Below, in pieces: positions 53,923 to 62,130 of a DNA stretch of 64,000 bases (the stretch's first letter is position 1; every line of letters begins with the position of its first letter). The stretch lies in IMG/VR virus record IMGVR_UViG_3300049448_000712, one strand, 5' to 3'. The stretch comes from a virus. The notes beneath the pieces were generated by a model that did not search any database, had not been told where the DNA came from, and saw only the letters and a program-made list of their open reading frames with translations. The position numbers were made by a program, and so were the translations under genes.

Positions 53923-54327
53923 TCATCGGCGGCTCCGGCGACGGTAGCCGGCCGTCGACCGCGACTTCTTCATCGAACGAGCGATGACGCCCAGCACCAC
54001 GACGCCCCCGACGCCGATCACAACCCAGCCCCAGAGCGGAAGCCCCGGCTGCACGGCAGTCACCGTGGGCTGCACCGGGCGGCCGAAGATGTCGACCACA
54101 CCGGAGACGATCGACTTCCCCAGGCCCAGGTAGTCGCTCGCGCTGAGCCCGCTGGGCGAGCCTGCGGTCGTCTGCACGGGCGGGCTGAAGTAGTCGCCGG
54201 GCACGCCCTGCGCGACGCTGTAGCCCTGCCCCGTGTTGACGACCGGCTCCGGCGTCGTCGTCACGTACTCGATGTCGGTCGAACCAGCGGCAGGATCGTA
54301 CGGCTGGTAGTCATCACCAAAACGCAT
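53923..54327 (-). CDS. protein with C-terminal GLPLW-TM-GYRRRSRR tail
   Basis: C-terminus ...QPGLPLWGWVVIGVGGVVVLGVIARSMKKSRSTAGYRRRSRR. Confidence 0.5.
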   Translation of the reverse strand: MRFGDDYQPYDPAAGSTDIEYVTTTPEPVVNTGQGYSVAQGVPGDYFSPPVQTTAGSPSGLSASDYLGLGKSIVSGVVDIFGRPVQPTVTAVQPGLPLWGWVVIGVGGVVVLGVIARSMKKSRSTAGYRRRSRR

Positions 54328-54340
54328 TGTGCTTCTCCTT

Positions 54341-54640
54341 TTATCGTACTGCTCGAATCACGAGAACTGCAGCCACCGCGCCGCCAACGACGAGCCACAG
54401 CGGTGGCCCCTGATCAACGGGCACGAGCACCGGCTGCGGAGCCAGAGCTCGCTGCGTCGCGTTGGCGAAGACGTTCACCCAGAAGCTCGGCTGCTGGTAG
54501 TACGGCACCTGCTGCGGAGGCGGGTCCGCGTGCATGTAGCCGTCCGGCCACAGGTAGCCCTGCGGCAGAGGCGGCGGCGCCGCATCGACCAGCGGGGGCG
54601 ACGTGAGATCGTCGCCGAAGGTGAACGACCTGAAGCTCAC
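54341..54640 (-). CDS. Pro-rich protein with C-terminal GPPLW-TM
   Basis: C-terminus ...DQGPPLWLVVGGAVAAVLVIRAVR. Confidence 0.4.
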   Translation of the reverse strand: MSFRSFTFGDDLTSPPLVDAAPPPLPQGYLWPDGYMHADPPPQQVPYYQQPSFWVNVFANATQRALAPQPVLVPVDQGPPLWLVVGGAVAAVLVIRAVR

Positions 54641-55119
54641 CGCTGCGCCTTCCGCTTGTAGCCCTCGAGCCGTCGCTCAGGCTCGAACTCGTACTTGTCG
54701 CTCTTGTCGCCGAAGCGGCCCATGCCGCGCGGACGGCAGCTCGCCATTCGCGACGAGCTCGAGCTCGAGCTCCGACCGAGACCGCCGACGCGGAGATGCG
54801 ACATCGTCTTCGTCATGCGCCGGAGGTTGTGCTTCGGATCCTCCGACTCGGGGTAGTCGTACGCGTCGATCTGCTTGGGCTTCTGGTAGTGCCGCCAGAT
54901 CAGGTACAGCGCGACCGCGCCGCCCGCGAGCCCGAGAATCATCAGCGGCGACATCGACGGCGGGCTCACCTGCTGCGCGAGGGCCTGAGCGGCAGCCGGG
55001 TTCTGCTGCTGGTACGTCGCCCATGCGCTCATCACGGTCTGATCGCTCGCGTTCGGCTGAATGACGCCGATGGCGGAGAGCGCAGCACGGAGGTTTGCAA
55101 CCAAAGTCGGATCCATCAT
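54637..55119 (-). CDS. membrane protein with central TM and basic Ser-rich tail
   Basis: SPPSMSPLMILGLAGGAVALYLIW, then a Lys/Arg-rich region. Confidence 0.4.
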   Translation of the reverse strand: MMDPTLVANLRAALSAIGVIQPNASDQTVMSAWATYQQQNPAAAQALAQQVSPPSMSPLMILGLAGGAVALYLIWRHYQKPKQIDAYDYPESEDPKHNLRRMTKTMSHLRVGGLGRSSSSSSSRMASCRPRGMGRFGDKSDKYEFEPERRLEGYKRKAQR

Positions 55120-55649
55120 CGTCTCCCTGAAACGCGCTTCTTCGCGCTGCGGAACACCCGCGACAGCCCGGCGACCTCGAAGAGAATCGGAGCAAGGACG
55201 ACGGCTCCGACCACCACCGCGCCCGCGATGAACAGCGGCTTCAACTTGGCGAGCGTGTCATCGGGCGGGCTGACGTACGGGCTCTGCGCAGGCGGCACGT
55301 AGGCGTTCTTCTGAGCTCCCACCGAGTCGAGCAGCCCCTGCATCGAGTCCGAAGCAGTGTCGAGCGTCGCCGTAACCTGCGCGCAGGCATCGTCACTCTC
55401 GATGACAAGGTTCTGGTTGACGACGTTGTCGTACGTGTCTTGCGCGGCCACCGCGACAGGGTGCCCTTCGTTCGCCGTGAACCAGTGCGTGACGAGCAGC
55501 TTCGCCGCCGTCGCCTGGTCGAGCAGCGACTTCAGCCGCGCCTGCGCGTTGCGCACGTCGTCGCAGGCGTAGGTGAGACCGAAAGCGCCGAAGCCACCCT
55601 CGGCGGTCGGCGAGCGAAACCTCGGGTCTGGGAAGAGCATCGTCGGCAT
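55116..55649 (-). CDS. protein with N-terminal MPTMLFPDPRFRSPTA motif and C-terminal TM plus basic tail
   Basis: Shares its first 16 residues with 58862..59560. Confidence 0.45.
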   Translation of the reverse strand: MPTMLFPDPRFRSPTAEGGFGAFGLTYACDDVRNAQARLKSLLDQATAAKLLVTHWFTANEGHPVAVAAQDTYDNVVNQNLVIESDDACAQVTATLDTASDSMQGLLDSVGAQKNAYVPPAQSPYVSPPDDTLAKLKPLFIAGAVVVGAVVLAPILFEVAGLSRVFRSAKKRVSGRR

Positions 55650-55651
55650 GG

Positions 55652-56680
55652 TCAGAACTTGTTGTTCGGGTAGAGCCGCGGGTCGAGCTTCGGGAGGTTC
55701 GGCCTCGACGGCGCCATCGGCACCTGGGTGGGAAGCTCGCGCTGCGCGTAGGGCACGTTGCGCCAGCCGATCATGCTGAGCGCAGGAGAAGCAGACACGG
55801 TCGTGCCCGTGTACGCGCTCCACAGCCGCTCGAGAGTGAACGTGTAGAACCCCTTCGGCGGGAGCACCGCGTTCACCGTCCACGCGAAGTCGTTGAAGTT
55901 GAAGAGATGCGCGAACGGCGTCGGGTCTCTGACGAGGATGTTGTTGAACGAATCCTGCGCCGTGACGAGCGTGCCCGTCGTGGTGATCCCGCTGACGGAG
56001 TCGACGTTTTCTGAGGCGAGCGTCATGTACGAGAACTCGTCGAGATGCTCTTGCACGAGCAACTGGCCGAGGAAGCGCTGCACATGCAGGTCTTCGTTCC
56101 ACGGGTTGTAGATGTCCGACGGAGTCGACACCTGCACATCGTCCGACACGCCGGCCTGAAGGAACGGCGGAACGAACGCGGTGGCCCACGGCAATTGCAG
56201 CGTTCTCGGAGTCGGTGTGCCCTTCGGCAGCGGCCGGACCGCGTAGCAGATCGTCACCACCTGATCGACTTGCGCGTGCCCCGAGAGCGGGAAGGTCGGC
56301 GCGTAGTAGACGATCGGCCGCAGAAACTCGCGCGCCGGGATGAACAGCGGCTTGGGGAGCTTCCACGTGAAGACGGTCTGACCGCCCGTCGTGGCCGGAA
56401 ACTGCGCCCTGTAGTTGAGGTTCTTGCCGAAAAGCCCGATGGGCACGTTGCCCGACGTGAGAGGAAGCGAGCCCAGAAGCAGCTTCAGGTAGATGCTCGA
56501 GCCCCAGTACCCGTAGGTCTGCTGGCCTCCAGGGTTGGTCGGGAGACGAACGCGAACTTCATCGAGCCACATCGGCGCCTGAAAGGGGTTCTCGAGCCGG
56601 GTGGGATCAGCCAGTCCCACCTCGCCGCCGCCCGAGGGAAGCGTGATCTGCGCCTGCAGCAACTGCGGAGAGTAGCTCAT
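55652..56680 (-). CDS. paralog A of a three-gene family (342 aa)
   Basis: Shares motifs with B and C: W(K/R)LPxP(L/M)(F/Y), KVQRF-like, LPPKG, and a C-terminal IGWR. Confidence 0.5.
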   Translation of the reverse strand: MSYSPQLLQAQITLPSGGGEVGLADPTRLENPFQAPMWLDEVRVRLPTNPGGQQTYGYWGSSIYLKLLLGSLPLTSGNVPIGLFGKNLNYRAQFPATTGGQTVFTWKLPKPLFIPAREFLRPIVYYAPTFPLSGHAQVDQVVTICYAVRPLPKGTPTPRTLQLPWATAFVPPFLQAGVSDDVQVSTPSDIYNPWNEDLHVQRFLGQLLVQEHLDEFSYMTLASENVDSVSGITTTGTLVTAQDSFNNILVRDPTPFAHLFNFNDFAWTVNAVLPPKGFYTFTLERLWSAYTGTTVSASPALSMIGWRNVPYAQRELPTQVPMAPSRPNLPKLDPRLYPNNKF

Positions 56681-57624
56681 AGCAGTTCGTCCCTCGTGCC
56701 GATGATCGCCATGTGGAGCTGCTCCGTCGACACCATGTTGAAAGCGCGCACGTCGTACTGCCCCTTCGGCGGAAGAATGGTGTCGACGGTCCACGCGCAC
56801 CGCGGCGCGTCGGCGACATCGTTGGGCCCGGTCAGATCATTGACCATCTTCCCGCCCCACGAGTCGAACATCTGGATCTGCATCGTGCTGACGAAGCTGC
56901 CAGGCGTGGTGGTGCTCGCAGGCGTGAGCGCCTGCTTGAGATCGAAAGCGCCAATCTGGGCGTTGAGCACGCGCGCAGTGATGCGCTGCACCTTGATCTC
57001 CTTGTCGAACGGGTTGAACAGGTTGTACTCGTTCGACTGCTGGTAGCCGTTGCCGAACGTCGTCACCCACGGAGCGACGTACGGGACCGCGATGACGCGA
57101 GGCAACGGAGCGCTGGTCGGCACCGTGTAGCCCGCGTACGTGACCTGCACCGTGATGTCGCCAGCGGGGACGCCGAGACTGTTCGGGTCGACGCGCTGGA
57201 AGGTCGACTGCAGCACCTGCCCGGCCTCGACGTAGAGCGGCTCAGGCAACCTCCAGCGGTAGGCAGAGAACGCCTGCCCGCTCGCAGAATCGTACGTCTC
57301 GTCTTCCGAGTTGGCGTTGACGCCGAGGTCCATCAGCGGGCTCAGCAGCCACACCGGAACGAAGTCGCGCATCAAGTAGTAGCGACCGATCTGCAGTTTG
57401 GTCCAGATCGCCGCGCCCAACGCGAGTGTGGCCGCGTTGGTGGCCTTCATCACCCAGCGGATCTCCGTGATGATGATCGGCTTGCGGTACGGGTACGTGA
57501 GCTGAAGGCTGCTCGGCACCGCAGTCTTGTTGAGCGACACGTTCGCGGAAGCCGACAGCAGCACAGGCGAGCGACGATCAAACGTCGGTGAGACAGCGAC
57601 CGGCTTGTTCGGAACGGGGCTCAC
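56677..57624 (-). CDS. paralog B of the three-gene family (315 aa)
   Basis: GTG start overlaps the TGA of paralog C (GTGA). The upstream ORF extension is out-of-frame junk. Confidence 0.5.
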   Translation of the reverse strand: MSPVPNKPVAVSPTFDRRSPVLLSASANVSLNKTAVPSSLQLTYPYRKPIIITEIRWVMKATNAATLALGAAIWTKLQIGRYYLMRDFVPVWLLSPLMDLGVNANSEDETYDSASGQAFSAYRWRLPEPLYVEAGQVLQSTFQRVDPNSLGVPAGDITVQVTYAGYTVPTSAPLPRVIAVPYVAPWVTTFGNGYQQSNEYNLFNPFDKEIKVQRITARVLNAQIGAFDLKQALTPASTTTPGSFVSTMQIQMFDSWGGKMVNDLTGPNDVADAPRCAWTVDTILPPKGQYDVRAFNMVSTEQLHMAIIGTRDELL

Positions 57625-58703
57625 AACGCCACCTCTCTCCACCCAATCAACGAGATGAAAGCCTGGCCCTGAATTCCGGTGTAGCCGAAGCCACCGATGC
57701 CAGGCAGCGCGGCGGACTTCAAGAGCGCGAGGTAATACGCCCCCGGGTCGAGCTCGACGCCGGAGCCCTCGAGCTCCCAGGACCGCGTGAGACCTGAGAA
57801 CACCGAAGTGAAGGGCGTGTAGTAGCGCACGGTGGGACGACCGTACGAATCCATCATGCGAACGGTGAGACCGTCCTCTCGAAACGCGGCACCGAACGTG
57901 GGTCCTTCGTACGCGTGATCGCCTGACTGAATGACGATGGCCCGGCCGACGAAGCGCTGAACCTTGAGTATCTGCGCAGCGCCCTCGAAACCGGTCGAGT
58001 CGTTGACGAGGTCCACGTGACCCGACTGATCCGTCCCCGCCGTGGTGAGCGGGTTGAAGACCTTCGACGTGAACGCGCTCGCCCACGGCAGGCACACGAC
58101 CTTGGGCTTGATGAAGAGCGAACGCGCCGACATGCTGAAGCGCACGTTGATGGGGAGCGCGATGAGCCCCGTGTGAGTGAAGTTGGCGATCACGGTCGCA
58201 CCGGCCGGAACGAACATCGGCCGCGGCAGGCGCCACGAGAACGTGTTGTAGAGATTGAGCGACGCGAGAGTCGCGTACTCCGCCGTGAGATTCTCCGCTC
58301 GTCCGAGCGAAAACACAGGCACCGCGCCGTTCGTGAGCTTGTAGTTGCCCAGCTTCAGTTCGACGGCGATCGATGCACCCAGGACCGCGTCCAGCGCGAA
58401 GCCGCTGTTGCCCAGCGACAGCAATTGAAACTTGAGCTCCGTCACCTCCATGTCCTGCCCCATGGGGTTGGTCATCACCGAGGGCTGAACGCTCCCTGAC
58501 GTGCCAGGCTGAAGCAGCAGCGAACCAGACAGGTGGATCGGCGCGGCGGGCGGCGGCTGGTGGTAGACGGGGTTCTGGTTGTACCCGGGCAGCGGGCGAG
58601 GCAACGCGCCTTGCGGAACGATGAAAGGCATCTCGTCAACCCCCCCACATGCGGAGACCGCAGCAGCGGCCATCAACACATCTCGACGCCGAAGATTCGA
58701 CAC
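57621..58703 (-). CDS. paralog C of the three-gene family; predicted Tat-type lipoprotein
   Basis: GTG start with GGAGGAG 10 nt upstream. N-terminus SNLRRRDVLMAAAAVSAC has a twin-Arg segment plus a lipobox Cys. Confidence 0.5.
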   Translation of the reverse strand: MSNLRRRDVLMAAAAVSACGGVDEMPFIVPQGALPRPLPGYNQNPVYHQPPPAAPIHLSGSLLLQPGTSGSVQPSVMTNPMGQDMEVTELKFQLLSLGNSGFALDAVLGASIAVELKLGNYKLTNGAVPVFSLGRAENLTAEYATLASLNLYNTFSWRLPRPMFVPAGATVIANFTHTGLIALPINVRFSMSARSLFIKPKVVCLPWASAFTSKVFNPLTTAGTDQSGHVDLVNDSTGFEGAAQILKVQRFVGRAIVIQSGDHAYEGPTFGAAFREDGLTVRMMDSYGRPTVRYYTPFTSVFSGLTRSWELEGSGVELDPGAYYLALLKSAALPGIGGFGYTGIQGQAFISLIGWREVAL

Positions 58704-58861
58704 GCACTTGCAACTCCTCCTGGGCTCACCGCTCCAGGGACTGCGAGGAAAAACTCCCCTTGAACTTCAGGCCGCCCGCCAGAGGGGGGAAAGGCGGGCG
58801 GCCTCGAGCCCGAGGTGAACGAGAGCGTGGCGCTAGCCCCTCGTTCTCTCGAGCAAACCGA

Positions 58862-59560
58862 TTACGCGCGGACGTCGGCCATCACGCCGCACCACAGGTT
58901 GCACCAGACGAGCGAGCTCTGGCCGACACCCGTGGAGACGCTGAACGTCAGCGACACGCCGCCCGCCGTGCCGAACTCGACCTCGAGCTGGTCGGTGCGC
59001 GCGGCCGGCAGGAACACCTTGAGCCGGCGCCCACCGTTCGGCCAGCCGTTGTTGAGGAACGACACGAGCGAGTTGTTCTGCGTGGTCGAAACCGCGCCGA
59101 ACGTCGCGCCCGGGGCCGGGAAGAACTGCGTCGGACCTTCGATCTGCTTCGTTCCGCTGATGCGGAAGATCAGGAAGGTCTTCGCCTGCATCTCCGAGAC
59201 CTCCTGCTGCCCCATGCCGTACGTGTTGAGCACGCCGACGCTGGAGTAGTAGCCAGTCTCGTACCCGATCCCGATGCTGCGGATCGAGAGCTCACCGATG
59301 GCCGAACCCACCTCGCCGGCCTTGCCGAGGTTGGTGTTCAGCTTCGTCATCGTGAGCAGGTGCTGAGCGGTCGGCGCGATGCCGGCGCCCATCAGGCGCG
59401 GAATCGACTGACCCTCGGGCACCGTGAAGATCTTCTGGGTGCCCGAGCCACCGTGGCCGACGACGAGGGACGAGTAGATGTTCTCGTCGCGACCACCGGA
59501 CTGGCCGGCAGCGGCGGTGGGAGAACGGAAGCGGGGATCGGGAAACAGCATCTGAGGCAT
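58862..59560 (-). CDS. protein with N-terminal MPQMLFPDPRFRSPTA motif (232 aa)
   Basis: Same N-terminal motif as 55116..55649; Gly/Ser/Thr-rich. Confidence 0.45.
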   Translation of the reverse strand: MPQMLFPDPRFRSPTAAAGQSGGRDENIYSSLVVGHGGSGTQKIFTVPEGQSIPRLMGAGIAPTAQHLLTMTKLNTNLGKAGEVGSAIGELSIRSIGIGYETGYYSSVGVLNTYGMGQQEVSEMQAKTFLIFRISGTKQIEGPTQFFPAPGATFGAVSTTQNNSLVSFLNNGWPNGGRRLKVFLPAARTDQLEVEFGTAGGVSLTFSVSTGVGQSSLVWCNLWCGVMADVRA

Positions 59561-59677
59561 GTGGTGCTCCTTCATGCGCCATGGGTCTGGCGCGGGGGTT
59601 GGACTGCGACGAGCTCAAAAGTGCTGAAGGGCGGCGGCCAGCTCACCTCCGCCGCCCCGAATGGCTGTGGAACTGCG

Positions 59678-60232
59678 TTACGGCGCCGGGAAGAGGCCGT
59701 CCTCGTTCTCATCGCCGAAGCCCTGCAGCCGGCCGATGCGAGCGAGGTTGGTGTTCGGGTTGTTGAAGATCGGCCCGCCCATGCCCGCGGGCAGGGTGCG
59801 CGGCGCGAAGCCGTAGCCCTGCATGCGGGGGTTCATGAACAGCGGAGCTCCGAAGCCCGCCGTCGCGGCAGTGCCCGGAGACGCAGCAGCGACCAGACCC
59901 TGAACGACGCCGAAGAGCCACACGCCGGCTCCTGCGAGCGCCGCCCCGAGCGCGTGACCAGCCGCCCGAGTCGGGTTCTTCTTCTTCTGGGCGAGGTACA
60001 GCACCCCGCCCGTGGTGAGGCCGCCCACAACCGGGCTGCCAGAGGCGACAGCCGAGGGGATGGGCAGACCGGCCGCGATGGCCTTCGAGGCGCCGATCTG
60101 GAGACCGACGCTGCCGATGGCGCCCAACAGGCCGCCGACGACAACATCAAGAGGCTTCACCGAGCTCGGCATCGAAAGCCTGCCGAGGCCGGGAAAGCGG
60201 ACGAGACCGCGGTAGTGACGACGACGAGCCAT
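59678..60232 (-). CDS. Gly/Ala-rich membrane protein with PRMQGYG repeats
   Basis: N-terminal MARRRHYRG, several Gly-rich hydrophobic segments, and a C-terminal GFGAPLFMNPRMQGYGFAPRTLPAGMGGPIFNNPN. Confidence 0.45.
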   Translation of the reverse strand: MARRRHYRGLVRFPGLGRLSMPSSVKPLDVVVGGLLGAIGSVGLQIGASKAIAAGLPIPSAVASGSPVVGGLTTGGVLYLAQKKKNPTRAAGHALGAALAGAGVWLFGVVQGLVAAASPGTAATAGFGAPLFMNPRMQGYGFAPRTLPAGMGGPIFNNPNTNLARIGRLQGFGDENEDGLFPAP

Positions 60233-60290
60233 GTTTCTTTTCTCCTTGTGATGACTGCGTGAAAACTTCGGTTGAGGGTGGGACTGCGAA

Positions 60291-60410
60291 TTACCGACGC
60301 GAGCGGCGACCCGGGCGCTTCTTGCGGCAGATCCGGCGACCGCGCGGGTGCTTCAACTTGCCGTACCGGCAGTGAGTCTTCTTCGAGTGACGACGCTTCC
60401 TGCGAGCCAT
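60291..60410 (-). CDS. small highly basic protein, copy 3 of the C(K/R)YGKLKHPRGRRIC family (39 aa)
   Basis: RBS GGAGAAG before the ATG. Translation MARRKRRHSKKTHCRYGKLKHPRGRRICRKKRPGRRSRR. Not in the ORF track (below 60 aa). Confidence 0.4.
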   Translation of the reverse strand: MARRKRRHSKKTHCRYGKLKHPRGRRICRKKRPGRRSRR

Positions 60411-60449
60411 GTTGCTTCTCCTTCGTGAACTTCGGGGGAACTGCGACGA

Positions 60450-60929
60450 CTACTTCCGCGACTTGCGACCACGCTTGAGGTTCTTCCTCATGCACGCCTG
60501 GTAAGAGCCCTTCCGCTTTCCGCGCGAGCTCCGCGCGCACTTCTTGGCGACCTTCTTGAAGCGCGACTGCGCCTTGGTGTTGCGACCCTTCTTCACGTGG
60601 TACCCCTTCCGTTTGAGTTTGCGAGTGAGACGTCCGCTCTCGGTCGGAGGTCCGTACGAGCCGCGGCTCGAGTACAGCGGCTCGACGTAGTAGGGGCGCC
60701 GGCCGTACGAGCCCATGCCCGCGGGCATCGTGCGCGGAGCGAAGCCGTAGCTGCTCGGCATCTCGCGCGGGTCGAACCCGTAGCCCTGCACGCGCGGGTT
60801 CTGAAAGAGCGGAGCTCCGTACCGCTGCATCCGCGGGTTCTGAAAGAGCGGAGCTCCGTAGCGCCGGGACGAACGACGCGAGGGCCGACGACCCATGCCT
60901 TCAAAAACAGCGATGCGAGTGCGGCTCAT
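60450..60929 (-). CDS. extremely basic protein with GAPLFQNPR(M/V)Q(R/G)YG repeats (candidate nucleic-acid-condensing protein)
   Basis: Start at MSRTRIAVFEGMGRR. Two tandem GAPLFQNPRxQxYG repeats and a C-terminal third that is more than 40% Lys/Arg. Confidence 0.45.
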   Translation of the reverse strand: MSRTRIAVFEGMGRRPSRRSSRRYGAPLFQNPRMQRYGAPLFQNPRVQGYGFDPREMPSSYGFAPRTMPAGMGSYGRRPYYVEPLYSSRGSYGPPTESGRLTRKLKRKGYHVKKGRNTKAQSRFKKVAKKCARSSRGKRKGSYQACMRKNLKRGRKSRK

Positions 60930-61303
60930 CGACGTGCTCTCCTGTTTCTCCGGTGGTAGCCGGACATCTTCTTCGCGGCAGGCGGCTTGAGCGCGGCGAC
61001 AACGAGCAGCGCGCCAGCGAGGCCGGCTCCAACAAGCAGCACCATGCGAAGCGTCGACTGCTGCTCCGCCTGCTGCATGGCGACAGCCTGGGCCTGAATC
61101 TGTGCCTCGGCCTCTTGCGCCTGGGCCTGGGCGATCGGCTTGTCGACGAAGACGCCCTTGAGGAGATCCCAGGGCGAGGCCTTCTGCACGAGGTTCGCGC
61201 CTGCGTTGAGCAGATCGGACGCCCAGTCGCCGTAGTGACGAAAACCACTGAGCGACTTGAGCTGCGCGGGGAACTCGCGCTGCGTGTAGAACTGGACGCT
61301 CAT
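60926..61303 (-). CDS. protein with C-terminal TM-GYHRRNRRARR tail
   Basis: C-terminus ...MVLLVGAGLAGALLVVAALKPPAAKKMSGYHRRNRRARR; ATGA overlap. Confidence 0.45.
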   Translation of the reverse strand: MSVQFYTQREFPAQLKSLSGFRHYGDWASDLLNAGANLVQKASPWDLLKGVFVDKPIAQAQAQEAEAQIQAQAVAMQQAEQQSTLRMVLLVGAGLAGALLVVAALKPPAAKKMSGYHRRNRRARR

Positions 61304-61470
61304 CGACGGAGCACCGAGTAAGCGAGGCCGCCCAGCAGCGCGACCCCGGCAATGGCACCGAGCACCACGTACGGGCTGGTCGGCACCCGGTAGAGATCAG
61401 GGTTCGGCGCGCTCACGTTGACCGGTGCAGTCGCGGCGCCCAGAACGCTGGAGAAGATCGTGCCCCACAT
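61300..61470 (-). CDS. small membrane protein (56 aa) with C-terminal TM plus RR
   Basis: Translation MWGTIFSSVLGAATAPVNVSAPNPDLYRVPTSPYVVLGAIAGVALLGGLAYSVLRR. Its stop overlaps the next ATG (ATGA). Not in the ORF track. Confidence 0.35.
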   Translation of the reverse strand: MWGTIFSSVLGAATAPVNVSAPNPDLYRVPTSPYVVLGAIAGVALLGGLAYSVLRR

Positions 61471-61473
61471 GGC

Positions 61474-62013
61474 TCACTCCCCCGTGATCGCTGCGGTGAG
61501 GGTGAACCCGCCAGGAGGCTCCCAGCCGGGGTACGACTCTTCGACGGTGGTATCGAGCGCGATCCAATCGTTGGGATCGAGCTTGGGGAACGCGACGATC
61601 GGATAGACGTGCGTGTACTCGCCCTTCTTCTTCCCCCATGCGCGAGCCCCGGTGACGAATCCCAGCGAGCCCAACAGCGCCATGATGAGCGCAGTGGAGT
61701 CGTCGCAGTCGCCGCCGTTGTAGCCATCGGCGAGCTGGCGCAGCATCCGCGAAGGCGAAGAGAAGAAGTCGGCCCAGCGCGGGTCGCTCATGTATCGCAG
61801 GCCTTTCTCGAGGCCCTTCACCCGGTCGTCGCCGTTCTTCACCGCGTTGAAAATCGCGTGAATCTCGCACTCGTCGTCGCGCGCATCGCAGTCGCCCGTG
61901 ATGGCGAGCGCCGCGTTCCGCACGAGAGGATCGACGGTCGACTTCTCAGCGAGCTCCGCAAGCTTCTGCAGCGCTGCTTTCTGATCAGCGACCTCGAGAA
62001 CTGAAACGCGCAC
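61474..62013 (-). CDS. transglutaminase-like cysteine protease/peptidase domain protein
   Basis: Cys in GGDCDDSTALIMALLGSLG, His in GEYTHVYPIV and Asp in WIALDTT are spaced like the transglutaminase-like Cys-His-Asp core. Confidence 0.5.
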   Translation of the reverse strand: MRVSVLEVADQKAALQKLAELAEKSTVDPLVRNAALAITGDCDARDDECEIHAIFNAVKNGDDRVKGLEKGLRYMSDPRWADFFSSPSRMLRQLADGYNGGDCDDSTALIMALLGSLGFVTGARAWGKKKGEYTHVYPIVAFPKLDPNDWIALDTTVEESYPGWEPPGGFTLTAAITGE

Positions 62014-62130
62014 AGGGCTCCACCGGACGATTGCTCATCCGAAGATGCCTGGAACTTCCCTGGTGACTGCGCCGATCAAGAAGGTATGGGAACTTGCACG
62101 TGCGCGTCAACTGTATATGACGCGCGACCC

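Noticed and set aside
58649-60262. 537-aa plus-strand ORF across the 58862-60232 region
   Set aside because: Extremely Arg/Ala/Glu-rich. It lies antisense to minus-strand genes with conserved N-terminal motifs and an RBS.
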